NCBI GenBank assembly: GCA_964035545.1 | Contig: OZ037773.1 | Coordinates: 4,803,751 to 4,867,750 of the forward strand | DNA length: 64,000 bases | Reading direction: 5' to 3' | Source: Bugula neritina | Lineage: Eukaryota; Animalia; Bryozoa | Part shown: positions 14,257 to 28,800 of the stretch, in pieces | How the letters are laid out: each line of letters opens with the position of its first letter | Numbering within the stretch: the stretch's first letter is position 1 | The notes under the pieces: generated by a model | Told to the model about the DNA's origin: nothing | The model's input: only the letters and a program-made list of their open reading frames with translations | Database searches by the model: none | Made by a program: the position numbers and the translations under genes

Positions 14257-14980
14257 TTGCAAAATCATTTCCAATTTTCTTTTCCATAAAACTTTCAACA
14301 CTTTTGTACTTTCCAGTATTGTTGAACATGCTCGTTTCGAGTGGAGTTATTTCTGTATAAATATTTCCATATTTCTTCTTAAACTGCTTATATATAGCGT
14401 TAAATGCTAAATAGCAAAATTCGGAAGACACGTAATCCTGGCCCTGCTTGTCGAATAAAAGCAATAACCTGTTCCAGCGAAAATGTTCGGCAACGCTTTT
14501 GATGGTGTCACTCATGCTGAGAAAATGTGACAGCACTCTGGTTAGAGTCTTGTATTCCTTCACACCAGTATTCTTTTCAGCGAAACCCTCGGCCAGGCCT
14601 CCGGTAGTGATAACTGGTTTATTCCAGACTGTGGAGTATCGGGCTACGGGAGCGAGGCTGTAGTCACAACACGGACCAAAGAAGACATCAGAAACATTGT
14701 TAATGTAATAGCCAAATGCTGCCAATGGCGCTCCTACACCATCACATTGGGAGTTGCTGTACTGAAATTTAAATTGTACCTTATCTCTGCTAATAATGCC
14801 TTTTTCATATGCCGATTCAAATCCAAGTCTTATTGCTGGTACGCACTTGTCTATAGAGAACAAATAACTTGCGTTTGTAGGCAGAATAATTGCAACATTG
14901 ACTGTAGTCGGCTCATTCCCAAAACTCAAACCTGTGAGATAAGCAGCTGTGATAATGATGCCGATGCCGTTGGCAAACAT
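14257..14980 (-). CDS. NPR-like first coding exon, variant 1b
   Basis: ATG in GCTGCCATG context (ORF track starts upstream at a TTG); hydrophobic signal; FFGPCCDYSLAPVARYSTVWNKPVITTGG, EYKTLTRV; donor GCA A|gtaagt (phase 1). Confidence 0.88.
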
Positions 14981-16763
14981 GGCAGCACGTAACGCAATCT
15001 CCTCCAAACAGCGATCAAAATTCGATAAAAATTTCTGCGTGTAGATAAAGCGTATTCTAAAGTTCAGCAGCTACTGGTTTGAAGACCATTACCTTTATGG
15101 TTTCGTGTTGCATAATAGATCCCAGTGAAGCTATTATATCCGATACAATTAGTCATTTAGCTTATGAATTGTTAGAGTGCTGCCTATTTATTGCTTCCAC
15201 CTTGATAAGAGGGTTCATAATACCTCTTTGCCTTGTTTCTTATCCGGTTGTTGAAAGCTCTCTGAGCTAATCTTGGACTTCACAAGTGCCTGTCACAAAG
15301 TTTTATTCCAGCAATATAGATAAGAAATCCCACTTGAACGAAATATTTACTGTTATTCACTTACTGTTAAATAACTATAGTAATTATCTTCAGTCACAAG
15401 TATATATAGTCATTCAACTTATTGAATATTATTTAAACGAAGATGATAGGCCGGTGTAGCATCTCTATCAGTTTCCAGGTGCTAAATGCTGTACTCATAC
15501 CTTCTTCTTACACTCAAATCAGTACAGCTCCAAGTTTTATTGTTTGTATACAACATAAATGCCTTAACCTTTCACACTGGAGCTTTGTAAGACTGCTGCC
15601 ATTGCTGCCGTTTACAATCTTTGTGCATCTGTAATACCGCTACTTGTTCGTCTACTTTCACTGACTGCTCGAGAGAAAAACCAACTTGGAAGTTGAAGCC
15701 TATCCAACTCTTTCTAATTATTTTCAAGTATAATAAGTTGTAAATGCAGTATAGACTACTTGTATGCGCTTATCTTTACATGCGTGCCAGTGGCAAATAC
15801 TATTATTGGACAACAAACTTTGTAATAGAACCTCATATTGATCGAAGTATTGATAGCAGTGAAATGTAAAACTAATAGCAATGTAAAACTAATGTAGAAG
15901 TAATGCTCTATGTTTGCAAACTGCAAATATTGCGAGCTGCTTGTGCTGCAAATACATATGCTGTAAATGTTTGTAGGAAATAAAATTGGATCCATGATAT
16001 CGATAGTAGACAATATAAATATGCCTATCTTTTACTTTGAATATTACCACCATACCAATACACTGTGTAATGTTACATGTTGTAGCAACATTGTGTTTAC
16101 TGAATAAAATATACGCATTGAGATATATACTATATAGGAAAAATATATTATATGAAAATGTACAATTATATGAACTAAAACATGCCTAACATAGCCACAG
16201 CATATGACTGGAAGCAGGTTATTAACATTTGAATTTTGCTTTAGATTTATCATATTGCATAAACTATCAGAAAAATTCGTCAATTCCAGCTTTTGTTATA
16301 GTTAATTCAACAAGGAAAAATTCATTACATACATGTACTAGGCTTATTGGCCAACTTAATGGGCTACGCACACACACACACACACACACGCGCATGCACA
16401 TATAATATACTACATGAATTTTTCACATAAAAGCAAATTTTTCTGTTTGTATGATTTTAGGAATTTTTTTCAGTAGCCAGTGCAAAATCTGTCCTATGCT
16501 ACAAAGCTAATTGAAGGCCATACAAGTGCAAGCAAAACTTGTTTATACAACTAGGCTAGCTTTGCTGTAACTTGAAGGATTGCTAAGTTAAATGAGTATT
16601 GCTTTGTTTGAACTATGGCTAAAGATAAGCATTATTTGCTGCTGTTAAGCCAAATATTCTATTACCTAGTCAATTAATGGATTATTATAATGTTATTCAG
16701 AGAAATGTTAAGTAGCAAGAGAAGACAACTATAAATAATAATAAGAATTCACATTCACATAAT

Positions 16764-19700
16764 TTAAGTGTGTAAATGTTAAGTCTTTAATATCAGTTGT
16801 CTTTAAAAACAGAAAGCAAGAAAATAATTTCGGGACTGATTTAATATCGAAGACCTCATATCTTTGCAACTCAAATTTACAGAAAAAGTTGGTGGTTGAA
16901 TATTTACAAAACAGATATGTTTAACATCAACTTTATGTAAACATTATATACCTTTCTTTGTATTTTACAACACAAAAAGTGGTATAGAGGAATGAGAGAT
17001 TTAAATTGCTATGAAAGGCTAGGGCACATTCATTAATTGCATAGTTTGTAAAACGCAACAGTATATGGAGACATTCGTATTTCCTAATGGAAAAAAGCAT
17101 AACTCTAGAAAAGACAACTCCCCTCACTGAAAACCTGCCTTTGCTATTGCAGTCTGTAAGACATATGAAACAAAATCTGGAAATATTTTAAAGAACTCAT
17201 AGCCTTATATAAAGATAACTAATACTATTGTTGACCCCAGAAATGATATAAAATGATATGATATGAAATGCTATGGCATAACAAATTATTCATACCATGC
17301 AGTAAAATGCACAACAAATTAAAACCTTATATTATTTTATAATTTATATTCATATTGGGCAACTTCTTTACATCTATAAGTCAACAATAAAACAAATGTA
17401 AGCATTTCCTAACAAGCAATGCAATGCAATACACATGAATTACAATTACCACATTGTACGTACAGAGAAGAGTTGAAATAGCAAACTATTATAACGATAA
17501 TTGTAGATGTAGTGGAGAGAAACTCCATTTGCAATAAATTTCCAATGTATTATTGCTTTTTTGCATTTAAAAGGGCAGAATAAATTGCAGGCATGCATAT
17601 TTCAACTCTAAACATAAATTTATAACACTGCCTCCATATCTCACTAAGCTACGGTCCAAAGCCTCTATTTGTGACATAGTAGAATACCAGATTTAACTCA
17701 TGGATCAGTTAAATTTGGCCATTTTGTTCCCATACACATACAGCTACAATATGGGGGTCCAAAACTCATTCATGGACTATTTATTATGTGTTTTGTCTGA
17801 CGAGTGTGTGGCTGGTCATAATGAGAGGATAACTCACGACAATATTCACACGAATTTGTGTGATTCTCATGAGCTTGAGGCCAGCCAGGCCTTTAGAATA
17901 ACAAATCATAATCACTAACAGGAATGATAAGACAACTACCATTTGTGTATAACTTCATAATTGGTTGTCATGGGAACAGAGATACAATAGGAAATGTGGA
18001 ATCTTGAGTTTTCAGCATGCTAGCGTTAGAACTACTTTATGTGAATAAAATACTTGATAAATTAAACAACTTGTATTTTTAGTTACAGTTTTTTTAATTT
18101 ATATTAAAGCTATTTTTATCACAAAAAAACATATTGTGTCTAAAATGTTGAATGTATACACATTTTTACACCCTAAAACTGACAACAGTTGATATATATG
18201 CATATTTAAAAAAAAAATGTATTTATTATTTTTTGCAATTGGATGATTGAGGTAATAAAACTTCTTTGCTATGGCTAAGTGTCATCATGGAATTTGCTAC
18301 GGTGTGCGTGGTATATCTTATGCAAGGAAAGCCTTAACTTATCAGCTATAAATGTTAAAAAGAAAACTGCCAATATTAAACAGGATGTATAAAATTGTAT
18401 AAAATAGAAAATTGCAAATGATAGACTCTGTTTTACAACTGCAACTGAAAATCTTTACAGTAGTTATCTCCTCTTTGTGGTATCCCTGTACTGCCTATAA
18501 GGAGATTGCTTGAGACTATCTCTAAGTTCGAAGCAATAAAACACATTCCTATAAAGCTATCTACTACCTATGAGCTCTCTTCATTGTTTACGTTATAAAT
18601 TATATGCTGGCACTGCTAAACATAGAATAAAGAGAACAGAGGAACTCTATGACATTAAATAAGCTATTGGTTTTCACTAATTCTTACCAGCTGTTTACGA
18701 ATTTTCAAACTACAAGTACGAGAATTACATGCTTATGACATTTCAACTGCAGTGCAGACCGTAAATTTTGCAAGTTTTAACTATTGCTACTCTAAGTGCG
18801 TGGAAAGCAAATGGACTGCGCTAATGCACCCATTAACACTGACTGCTTGTTTTATCTAAATATAGCATCTTGTAAATGTCATGCCTAAAGAGATAGAAAA
18901 TTGCTTGAGGTGCATAGAACAGATTTTTACCCTGCTTTGCCCGAATTTTTACAGGACTTGATACCTTCATTAAAAAATGTGTATCAAAGCATATTTAAGT
19001 ACTTTTATATAAGCTTTCAAATTTAATAAGTGATCGAACCAAAAAAGCATCAACAATGCTAAAGACAATAGAAAGAATATTGATATTAATGATGATATTA
19101 ATAATGTCTCATATGTTCACAGTAAATAAATGTAGAATCAAGTGAAATAAAGTGACATAGCTTGTCTTCCCCAACTGTGAAAAAGATTTGGATTAAACTA
19201 TGCAAATAAAAGCTACTATAATATATTACTATGTGCGGAAAGCTGACAGAGAATATACACAGGCTAAAATATAGTGGGATTTCTCAATACTGACTAACTA
19301 AATCAAATATTATAATGAATGATAATGACAAACCGATAACATGTTTATAGTATAGCCAGCTGGTGACAGCAAAATGTATGGAAAAAGAATGACATTCGGT
19401 AACTATCTTAAGAAAACTAAGAAGACATTGAAAATGATGAGACTGGAAGTATTTTAATACGCATGAAACATTCCAGAAACTCAGATATAAAACAGGAAAT
19501 GGGAGCAATAGAACTCTTTGTTTCATTATTGTCTAGAAAAGGTACTACCAGGTCACCTTAGGTTAAGAGCTGAAATGCTGAGTAATGAGAAATAATATTA
19601 CTAAAGTCTATTTAGCTACAGCTCTTAGGCTGCATAGCTATGTGCAGTAAGATTTTCTAGTACTTATTGACTAATCAAATTGAAGTATAAATGTAGACAC

Positions 19701-22700
19701 AAATAATACTGTTAGGGTTCAGTTATCAGCCAGAAAACACCTTAAACTAATATGCTTATTATAGTTCAGTAATACTGTTTATTAACTGGATAAACCAGAA
19801 TACTCATTATAATATGTATTGCCTGGGCTAGCTAGAAATAATATTATTCTCGTAATAATTTCATAACTTTGAGCGTAGCTACTGCTTTGTAGTATAATAG
19901 TATCTAACTATTCTTTAGCAAGCACATCCACTGGTCAATTAATAAGTTAAATTACCCATAATCCATCATGAAATGAGTTGTAACTATTTGCAACTATCAA
20001 ATGTTTTCAAAGAAAATTTCTTTGCAAAATTTAAAATGTGGCATCATCCATAATTGAAAATGATTTCAGCCTCTCTTATGTATAAAAAATATTTTTAGGA
20101 CAATTATACGTTTTATTACAAAATAAAATATAAATTTTATGAAAAATTTAGCAAAATATGAAGCAAGTATAATTTTTTATTGCTGCATAACTTTGAAAGT
20201 TAATCTTTGATCTCAACTAAATGTACAAGCAACTTCCAACCTACGGTCATACAGCTGTAATGACTGTAATTGCAGTGTGGTACTCTTTTTACATCATCAG
20301 TATTAGTAATTAATTGTAAGTATTAAATGATGTTTTCTGCATTCTAAAACTATTAAGAAATCGTTGCCTGTTTTATCCAGCTGTGAAACTCTTTCATGGC
20401 TGCTTATTTTATCAAACTTCAAAACTCTTAAGCTAATTGATTATTTTTAGAAATTAATGGAGAACTATATTTAACAAATTAAGGCATTTAAAATAGCTCC
20501 AGGAGCCTTCACCAAATTTCTTACAGTTAGTCTTTTAATTCCGCCATAGTTGATGGTCATTCAACCCGAGTTTGCTATAACGAAATGAGAGTAATCATTA
20601 GCTATGCTATTTTCTGCTCCGTGACCAAATTTGTAGTAATATTGCAGGTTTAGAAGTTGAAATTACCTCAAATACTGTTGCACTCAGCTTATTAAACACT
20701 ATTAGGTAAGTCATTTACTGGCTGTGTCAATAGCCATTGTAGTTTTGTATTGTTGACATCGTAAACCAATTATCAGCAAATGATGGTTGCATGCTAGTTT
20801 AATTATTTTAGTAGCACCCAGGCTATACATATGGGTGGTGGAAGAGCTCTTTTTACTGCCTGTAGAACGAAAATACTAATAAACTCATTCTTTTTTCTGC
20901 ACACTACCAAGTTTAAAATGGAAACTATGAGTAAAAATAATTAAAATTATGACAAAAAAGTAACGCTATGTTAAATAACTAAAATATTTTAGCTACCTGT
21001 TATTGAGGATATTGAGAATTAATATGTTTTATGCTAAAAAAGAATTTCAATGGGTAAAGTATAGTATTAAAACAAATTGGTAATGTTAGAAAGAGCATCA
21101 AGTTATAATTGCTCCTGTGCCACATATGAATAAGTCTTTAGCCCGATTTAACAAAAACCCCTTTCATCAAGGGCTTCTCACAGGAATGGTGACTGTAAAC
21201 TTGCACGTGAGCTTTTTATGAACATTTGAGTTAGATTAATTTGCTATCATACACCGCCTCAATTTAAGTCAGCATTCAATTATCTAATATAGGCAGATTT
21301 TTTCAGCGTGAAATTTGTGTCTTTCTTCATTAGTATTCAAATGATGGCCCAAAGCTGCCAATAGCCTTGCAAAACAAATTTGAACAAAGTCTTAAACGCA
21401 TGTTGACATATATCAGCTAATGTGTTATGCTTGTAGGATGTGTCAAAAATTGATTAAGGGGACTCAAGTAATGTCCAGTGCCTGATAATGATTTTAATAT
21501 TTTGAATTAAGTAGTTAAGATGATGTGAACACCATTAACTGAACAGATCATATTTTCTTGTATTACTACATATAATTAAAAGCAGTCTAGAAAACATAGC
21601 TTTACTTCAAAGTGACTTGCTTACTTTAAAGTATCAATGTACATCAGTTAAACAGAAATAAGAAAAGCTGGATTGCAAATAATTGTAAGATTAAAGAGAA
21701 ATTATGCAGATAATACAAATACTGTTTTATGCTGTCGTTGATGAACGACAGCAGCAAATTACTAAAGGACACTTAAAACAGTCACTTTTTATCTTTACTT
21801 TACAAGTTTTTGAAAGGGTTTAGGTTATTTCCATTTAGCAATAAGCTAAGATACAAACAGAAACAGTATAAGCAATGCTAATTGTGCATCACCAATACTT
21901 AAAGAGCTCAATATTGTGATATGATTTGTCACAACTTTCTACTACTATTCTATTTTTTATTCCAAGTAAAAGGCTAAGATATGAGTTATTTTTCTATAAA
22001 ATTTGCTTTATATTTCTAAATGAGCCCAGATGATATGCAATATGTAGGTATATATATAATCTAAAATCTGCTCATTATTATCAAGTTGAGATCTGCATAT
22101 CTAAAGAAAAATATGCAAAATTAAACTTATTGCTTTGCTTAATGGCGATTTTATGTTAGTTTGTTCTAATTAAGTACAAAGGCATCACAAGTACCTCTAG
22201 TGTCACAAATGTCAGAAGTTAATGTCAGAAATGTTTAGAAGTAACAAGAAAGGTCACGCGCCTATTTTAGAACGTTTAGAAAGCAAAAAAAGCTCACCTA
22301 TTCACTTTGCATTATTGCATTATTTCAATGAGCCTATATATGTTTCTCCCAACATTAAAGTCACTATAGATCACTTGGTCCTCAGGCATGCAAGTATTCA
22401 AGTCCAAATACTTTTAAATTTAGCTCCACGTGTATATATGTTTGAAGATAATTTACTTTACTTACTTGCAAAATCATTTCCAACTTTCTTCTCCATAAAA
22501 CTTTCAACACTTTTGTACTTTCCAGTATTGTTGAACATGCTCGTTTCCAGTGGAGTTATTTCTGTATAAATATCTCCATATTCCCTCTTAAACCGCTTAT
22601 ATATAGCGTTAAATGCTAAATAGCAAAATTCGGAAGACACGTAATCCTGGCCCTTCGAGTCGAATAAAAGCAATAACCTGTTCCAGTGAAAATGTTCGGC

Positions 22701-24960
22701 AACGCTTTTGATGGTGTCACTCATGCTGAGAAAATGTGACAGCACTCTGGTTAAAGTCTTGTATTCCTTCACACCAGTATTCTTTTCAGCGAAATCCTCG
22801 GCCAGGCCTCCGGTAGTGATAACTGGTTTATTCCAGACTGTGGAGTATCGGGCTACGGGAGCGAGGCTGTAGTCACAACACGGACCAAAGAAGACATCAG
22901 AAACATTGTTGATGTAATAGCCAAATGCTGCCAATGGCGCTCCTACACCATTGCATTGGGAGTTGCTGTACTGAAATTTAAATTGTACCTTATCTCTGCT
23001 AATAATGCCTTTTTCATATGCCGATTCAAATCCAAGTCTTATTGCTGGTACGCACTTGTCTATAGAGAACAAATAACTTGTGTTTGTAGGCAGAATAATT
23101 GCAACATTGACTGTAGTCAGCTCATTCCCAAAACTCAAACCTGTGAGATAAGCAGCTATGATAATGATGCCGATGCCGTTGGCAAACATGGCAGCACGTA
23201 ACGCAATCTCCTCCAAACAGCGATCAAACCTCGATAAAAATTTTTGCGTGTAGATAAAGCGTATTCTAAAGTTCAGCAGCTACTGGTTTGAAGACCTTTA
23301 TGGTTTCGTGTTGCATAATAGATCCCAGTGAAGCTATTATATCCGATACAATTAGTCATTTAGCTTATGAATTGTTAAAGTGCTGCCTATTTATTGCTTC
23401 CACCTTGATAGGAGGGTTCATAATACCTCTTTGCCTTGTTTCTTATCCGGTTGTTGAAAGCTCTCTGAGCTAATCTTGGACTTCACAAGTGCCTGTCACA
23501 AAGTTTTATTCTAGCAATATAGATAAGAAATCCCACTTGAACGAAATATTTACTGTTATTCACTTACCATTGAATAACTATAGTAATTATCATCAATCAC
23601 ACAAGTATATATAGTCATTCAACTTATTGAATATTATTTAAATGAAGATGATAGGCCGGTGTAGCATCTCTATCAGTTTCCAGGTGCTAAATGCTGTACT
23701 TATACCTTCTTCTTACACTCAAATCAGTACAGCTCCAAGTTTTATTGTTTGTATACAACATAAATGCCTTAACCTTTCACACTGAAGCTTTGTAAGACTG
23801 CTGCCATTGCTGCCGTTTACAATCTTTGTGCATCTGTAATACCGCTACTTGTTCGTCTACTTTCACTGACTGCTCGAGAGAAAAACCAACTTGGAAGTTG
23901 AAGCCTATCCAACTCTTTCTAATTATTTTCAAGTATAATAAGTTGTAAATGCGGTAGACTACTTGTAAGCGCTTATCTTTACATGCATGCCAGTGGCAAA
24001 TACTATTATTGGACAACAAACTTTGTAATAGAACCTTATATTGATCGAAGTATTGATAGCAGTGAATTGTAAAACTAATAGCAATGTAAAACTAATGTAG
24101 AAGTAATGCTCTATGTTTACAAACTGCAAATATTGCTGCTTGTGCTGCAAATATATATGCTGTAAATGTTTGTAGGAAATAGATATGGATCCATGATATC
24201 AATAGTAGACAATATAATACATATGCCTATATTTTACTTTGAATATTACCACCATATACCAATACACTGTGTAATGTTACATGTTGTAGCAACAATGTGT
24301 TTATACTGAATAAAATATACATGCACATTAAGGTATACTACATAGGAAAATATATTATATGAAAATGTACAATTATATGAACTAAAACATGCTTAAAATA
24401 GCCACAGCAAATGACTGGAAGCCGATGATTAAAATTTGAATTTTGCATTATATTTATCATATTATTGCATAAATTATCAGAAAAATTTGTCAAGTCCAGC
24501 TTTTGTTATAGTTAATTCAACGAGGAAAAATTCATTACATACATGTACTAGGCTTATTGGCTAACTTAATGGGCTACACATGCACGCACGCACATATAAT
24601 ATATTACATGAATTTTTCACAAAAAGCAAATTTTTCTGTTTGTATGATTTTATGAATTTTTGTCAGCATAGCCAGTTCAAAATTTGTCCTATGCTATAAC
24701 AAAGCTAACTGAGGGCCATACAAGTGCAAGCAAAACTTGTTTATACAACTAGGCTAGCTTTGCCGTAACTTGAAGGATTGCTAAGTTATATGAGTATTGC
24801 TTTGTTTGAACTATATGGCTAAAGTTAAGCATTATATTTTGCTGCTGTTAAACTAAATATTCCATTACATAGTCAATTAGTGGATTATTATGAGAAATGT
24901 TAAGTAGCAAGAGAAGACAACTTTAAATAATAATAAGAATACTTAATGGCATTCACATAA
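16764..24960. repeat. Tandem segmental duplication, unit 2 (~8.2 kb)
   Basis: Starts taagtgtgtaa...aatatcagttgtctttaaaaacagaaagcaag like 8507; ends cattcacataa like 16762. Confidence 0.93.
22466..23189 (-). CDS. NPR-like first coding exon, variant 1c (recent duplicate of 1b)
   Basis: 724 nt like 1b, intact frame, about 19 nt differences, same phase-1 donor. Confidence 0.85.
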
Positions 24961-24993
24961 GGCACACAGTACTACATGCAGCGCTGCTACAGC

Positions 24994-24995
<2 letters not shown>

Positions 24996-25071
<76 letters not shown>
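24996..25071. repeat. (TA)n microsatellite just beyond the duplication end
   Basis: Perfect TA run. Confidence 0.97.
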
Positions 25072-25079
<8 letters not shown>

Positions 25080-25529
25080 AAATAGCTTTGGATCTTGCTT
25101 TTTGATTAAGGTTTGCAGGCTTAGAGTATAGGTGGTTTAGCTTATAATATGGTTTAAAAAAGCTGCTCGTAAGAAACTGTGCTATATAAGACCCGTAAAC
25201 CCTGTAAAGATTTTCCTATGCATGTTTTTATTATTTGTTATTAATGATCATATTTGATATAAGTCACTGTGAATTTGACAGTGTTTCCTAAACTATTAAG
25301 AATATAAATGTATGTTAGTATCTTAATAATTTCTAAAAGCAGTATTGAAAAGTAAAAATTGCTGTAGAATTCCTGTGTTTGACCTGCGTAGAAGTCATAG
25401 AATAAAGATTTGTTTGCTCTTGTCTAACCTATATATCTCCCAAATTTGGTTTTTACAATTTTAAATAGATTAATGGGATGGTAAATTGTATTGTAAAATA
25501 GTTTCTCAAGCTTTTAACAATTTTAAAAG

Positions 25530-25800
25530 CCCAACAATAAGAGAAGAAAAGGCAGGGTGACCACGTTGAGTGCTGAAAACGCAACAAAGACATCAGGAGA
25601 GTTTTAGAGATGAAAATAGAAAGAAAACAAATTAGAGGACAATCGACGCAAAGATGCCGTAGCACCATAAAGGCTGACTTTAGATAACTAAATCATGTAC
25701 CTGTGAAGATACGGAAGACAGAGATAGAAAAGTATGGTGGAACTTGGGACTAAGTAGAAACCCATCACCATCAGCATAGGACAGTTGAAAAGGTCCGTGA
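25530..25800 (+). mobile_element. Decayed 3' end of an RTE-clade LINE
   Basis: Translates GDHVEC*KRNKDIRRVLEMKIERKQIRGQSTQRCRSTIKADFR*, resembling the RTE C-terminal motif GHV.R....R.L......KR.RGRP..RW.D....D; in-frame stops. Confidence 0.7.
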
Positions 25801-28800
25801 TTCTCTATATAATCTAGAGGTAACCCATATTATATTGTTATTGACTTAAACTTGTCGAAAACTTGAGCAACTTAGAAAATTCATTAGAATAATGCGTAGC
25901 CATAAAAACGCAGAGAATTTGACTTGCAGTTTCACTCTTTGCAATTCAAGTATAGCTGCTCAATTTATGTTCTATAGTCAAAGTAAATAAGTTAAGAAAG
26001 CATTCAACTATCAGCTGCACTCAATCATCATCGAACAAAAACATAAGTTGTCAATTATATCTCTAGTTAGTGCATGAGTACTTATATTCTATAAATAATA
26101 ATGTGAAGCATATGTTTGAAGAGTAGTGCTCAATGTTTTTGAATCTAAACAACTTTTACATTCTCAGAACTTTTTAAATGCTTGTTGATTAGGTGGTAAT
26201 AATATTTTTATTACAATAGGACAGGTTTGGCATTTCGCCAACTTTTATCTTTAAGTTTTTTCAGTCTTGATATAAAAGTACATGTATAAGTGTTCTTAGA
26301 TGTTTAAAATTCGACTCACAGCAAGAGCTGTAATGAAACTAGTCTATAGTCAATATACTGCAGGTAGCAATAGCCCTAGTTCCAAAGATCAAAGAGAATT
26401 ATTCTTTCGAGTTGAGACCAGGAGATCTCAAACCTTTCCCATGATATAACCAATTACACACAGCTATTTTCAAAGCTTACTGCACGACACTCTAAGCAGA
26501 GATATCTTAAGTAAAGTATTGATGCAGGTGTTTGCTGTGATTTAGTAGTAGTGTTTTTGGTTTTAAGACCGTGGTTGCCTTGTATCCCGTCTCATGCTAT
26601 AAATGTCAGTTAGTGGGAGCTCCATTCAATAACCTGCAGTCTTGCTTCTACATCCACTGCCAAAATAATGTGAACAAATTTCTTTCAATTAATATGTGCA
26701 TAAACTCCATTACATGTAACTCATCTTTCATATCCTTTGGTTTCTCATTGGGCATTGGGGTTATCAACATGCCTTGATTTTGAGAGCCGAAATGGGTTGT
26801 GGTATAACATTCTTTTGATATTGTCAAAGTTGCATGTAAATCCTTATCTTCTGCAACCTCTGCAAAATTAAGAGCAAGATACAGTTAGATTTGAACAGAC
26901 AGAACTCTTCGTCTTTTACTTTAGCCAGTTTAAAGCTGCAGAAATTCATTAATTTCATTGAATATTTCATTTATTTTCACCCAATGTAAAATTAAATTAC
27001 ATTTAGGCTTATAATATACTTGTGATTAACTAGGTCATTTAATACTAATAGTTCGAGTATGTAATGAGATTTTTTATTCATGAGTGTGAAATGTTACTTT
27101 TAAAATTAATGAACGTCCTTTCATTTTAAAAATAAATTTTCATACTTGTTAACAAATCTTACAAATTCCATTCAAAGTGCTTTCTGTTCCAACTATCTAG
27201 AATAGAGTGTAGGCATCAACAGAAGTTGTATCAAAGCAGCTCATGTTGCAGTGTATTGTTTAATTTTTACAGGAAATGTTGCTAGTTTAGACTAGTTTTG
27301 GAATTGGAACCACCCCAAGAATTTTTAGCAAACTTGGCTGAATGCCAGCTATATTATTAAAGCTCCGGCTACTACTTGAAATTCTTGTAAGTTAATTATC
27401 AAGACTTTTGGCACCTATTCAAACATACACCCTCTATTTTACTGGTTATGTCCAGTGTAGTGTTTATCGTTTATTCACTACAATAGAAAGGTCAAACGGT
27501 CATTGATAACGGCTTCCTAGACTCTGACAGTTTGACTGTTGCTGAATATCAGGTTTAAATTTTATGTATTCAACCTAGTTCACGCGTCAACTAAATTTTA
27601 ATGGTTTTTTATCAGTATTTTTTTTCAACATAATAAATTCTTCAATAAGAACTGTTCTAGATATGTACCTAACTCATAATTTTCAGAAGCTGCAGAAAAG
27701 ACTTATATAATGCCAGGTGTTGGTATTTTAAATCCTCACATGCGGCTTATTGTGTTCTAGCACCTTTTATTTCAAGATCAATCAATGAATGAATAAACAC
27801 TCAGCACAAATGAAATATGGCCTTGTTGTCCAGGAACTAGCCATGTAGGCTATCACAGCAATAATAAACAGGGGGAAAAAATTAGCAATGGATGCACAAC
27901 AAGCTAAAGAAGCTAAAAGAAAACTTCAAATATATAATAAAACTATCCCAATTAAATAAAGTTCTAGATACATAATGTAATACTCCAGCATTGTTTGGTA
28001 GCCCATGTAGTAGTTAGCAGGCTATATTGCAAGCTGGAGGTCTGCAGATTCTCAGTGTTGGTAAGTATTTTACACATAGTTTATCAAGTTGATGCTATTT
28101 TTCAAGACTTCCACTCAGCAATACATTTGTTCCTAAAAGGTATGAAGGAAAATAGGTATATTATCACATTTAGGAGCAGTAGTGGAAAATTGAGATAGCC
28201 TAAGTTCTTTAACTTTATTATCAAATTTTGGTTTGTGGAGCGAGTTGAAATTTTTGAAAGAGCACCATTTCTTTTGCTACATTTTTAATCTAGAACACAG
28301 GCTTTTCTCAATCCCTCCATTAGTGCACCTACCTCTGTTATCATACTTCAACGTACATGCTACAATTTTTGGCATTTTAGTGCATTTCTATAACACTCAT
28401 TTCTAGTTTTCAAAGTCAAAGTTGTATGCTTGTTATTCAACTCAAACATGAAACTAAAAATCATAAATAATTTGCTATATATAGAAAACAACCCAACACT
28501 ACAGCAGTAAGCTATTTAGATTGTATTGTGAAATCAATGATCATAGCATTCTATAGAGCTACTTTGTAAAAGAGTTGCCTTTTTAGTTTCTTTGACCATC
28601 CCTAATAAATTTCATTTTGTCTGTTTTAATATTATATTATATTTGCTAACCTAATGTGAAAAATAATTAATTTATTTGATTTCAATTCCTCTAAATAAAT
28701 TTAATATTATTTCCAATGTGCATGGTTCATTTGCTAGAACTAGAAAGACATCTTATGAGTCATGCCGTTAAGTTGGATGCAAAAATGCGGCCCTAACCTC

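Larger units (their letters stand above)
8507..16762. repeat. Tandem segmental duplication, unit 1 (~8.2 kb)
   Basis: Collinear with 16764-24960 at an offset of ~8.2 kb (e.g. identical ORFs at 11077 and 19284; exons 1b/1c). Confidence 0.93.

Noticed and set aside
14249-23216. 1b/1c as stand-alone single-exon secreted proteins, as the ORF track implies
   Set aside because: The ORFs stop a few nt after a perfect GTAAGT donor at the same position as in 1a, and encode only part of the domain
26640-26859. Nitric oxide synthase N-terminal fragment
   Set aside because: Only a vague resemblance; lacks the CxxxxC zinc motif and downstream heme-domain motifs
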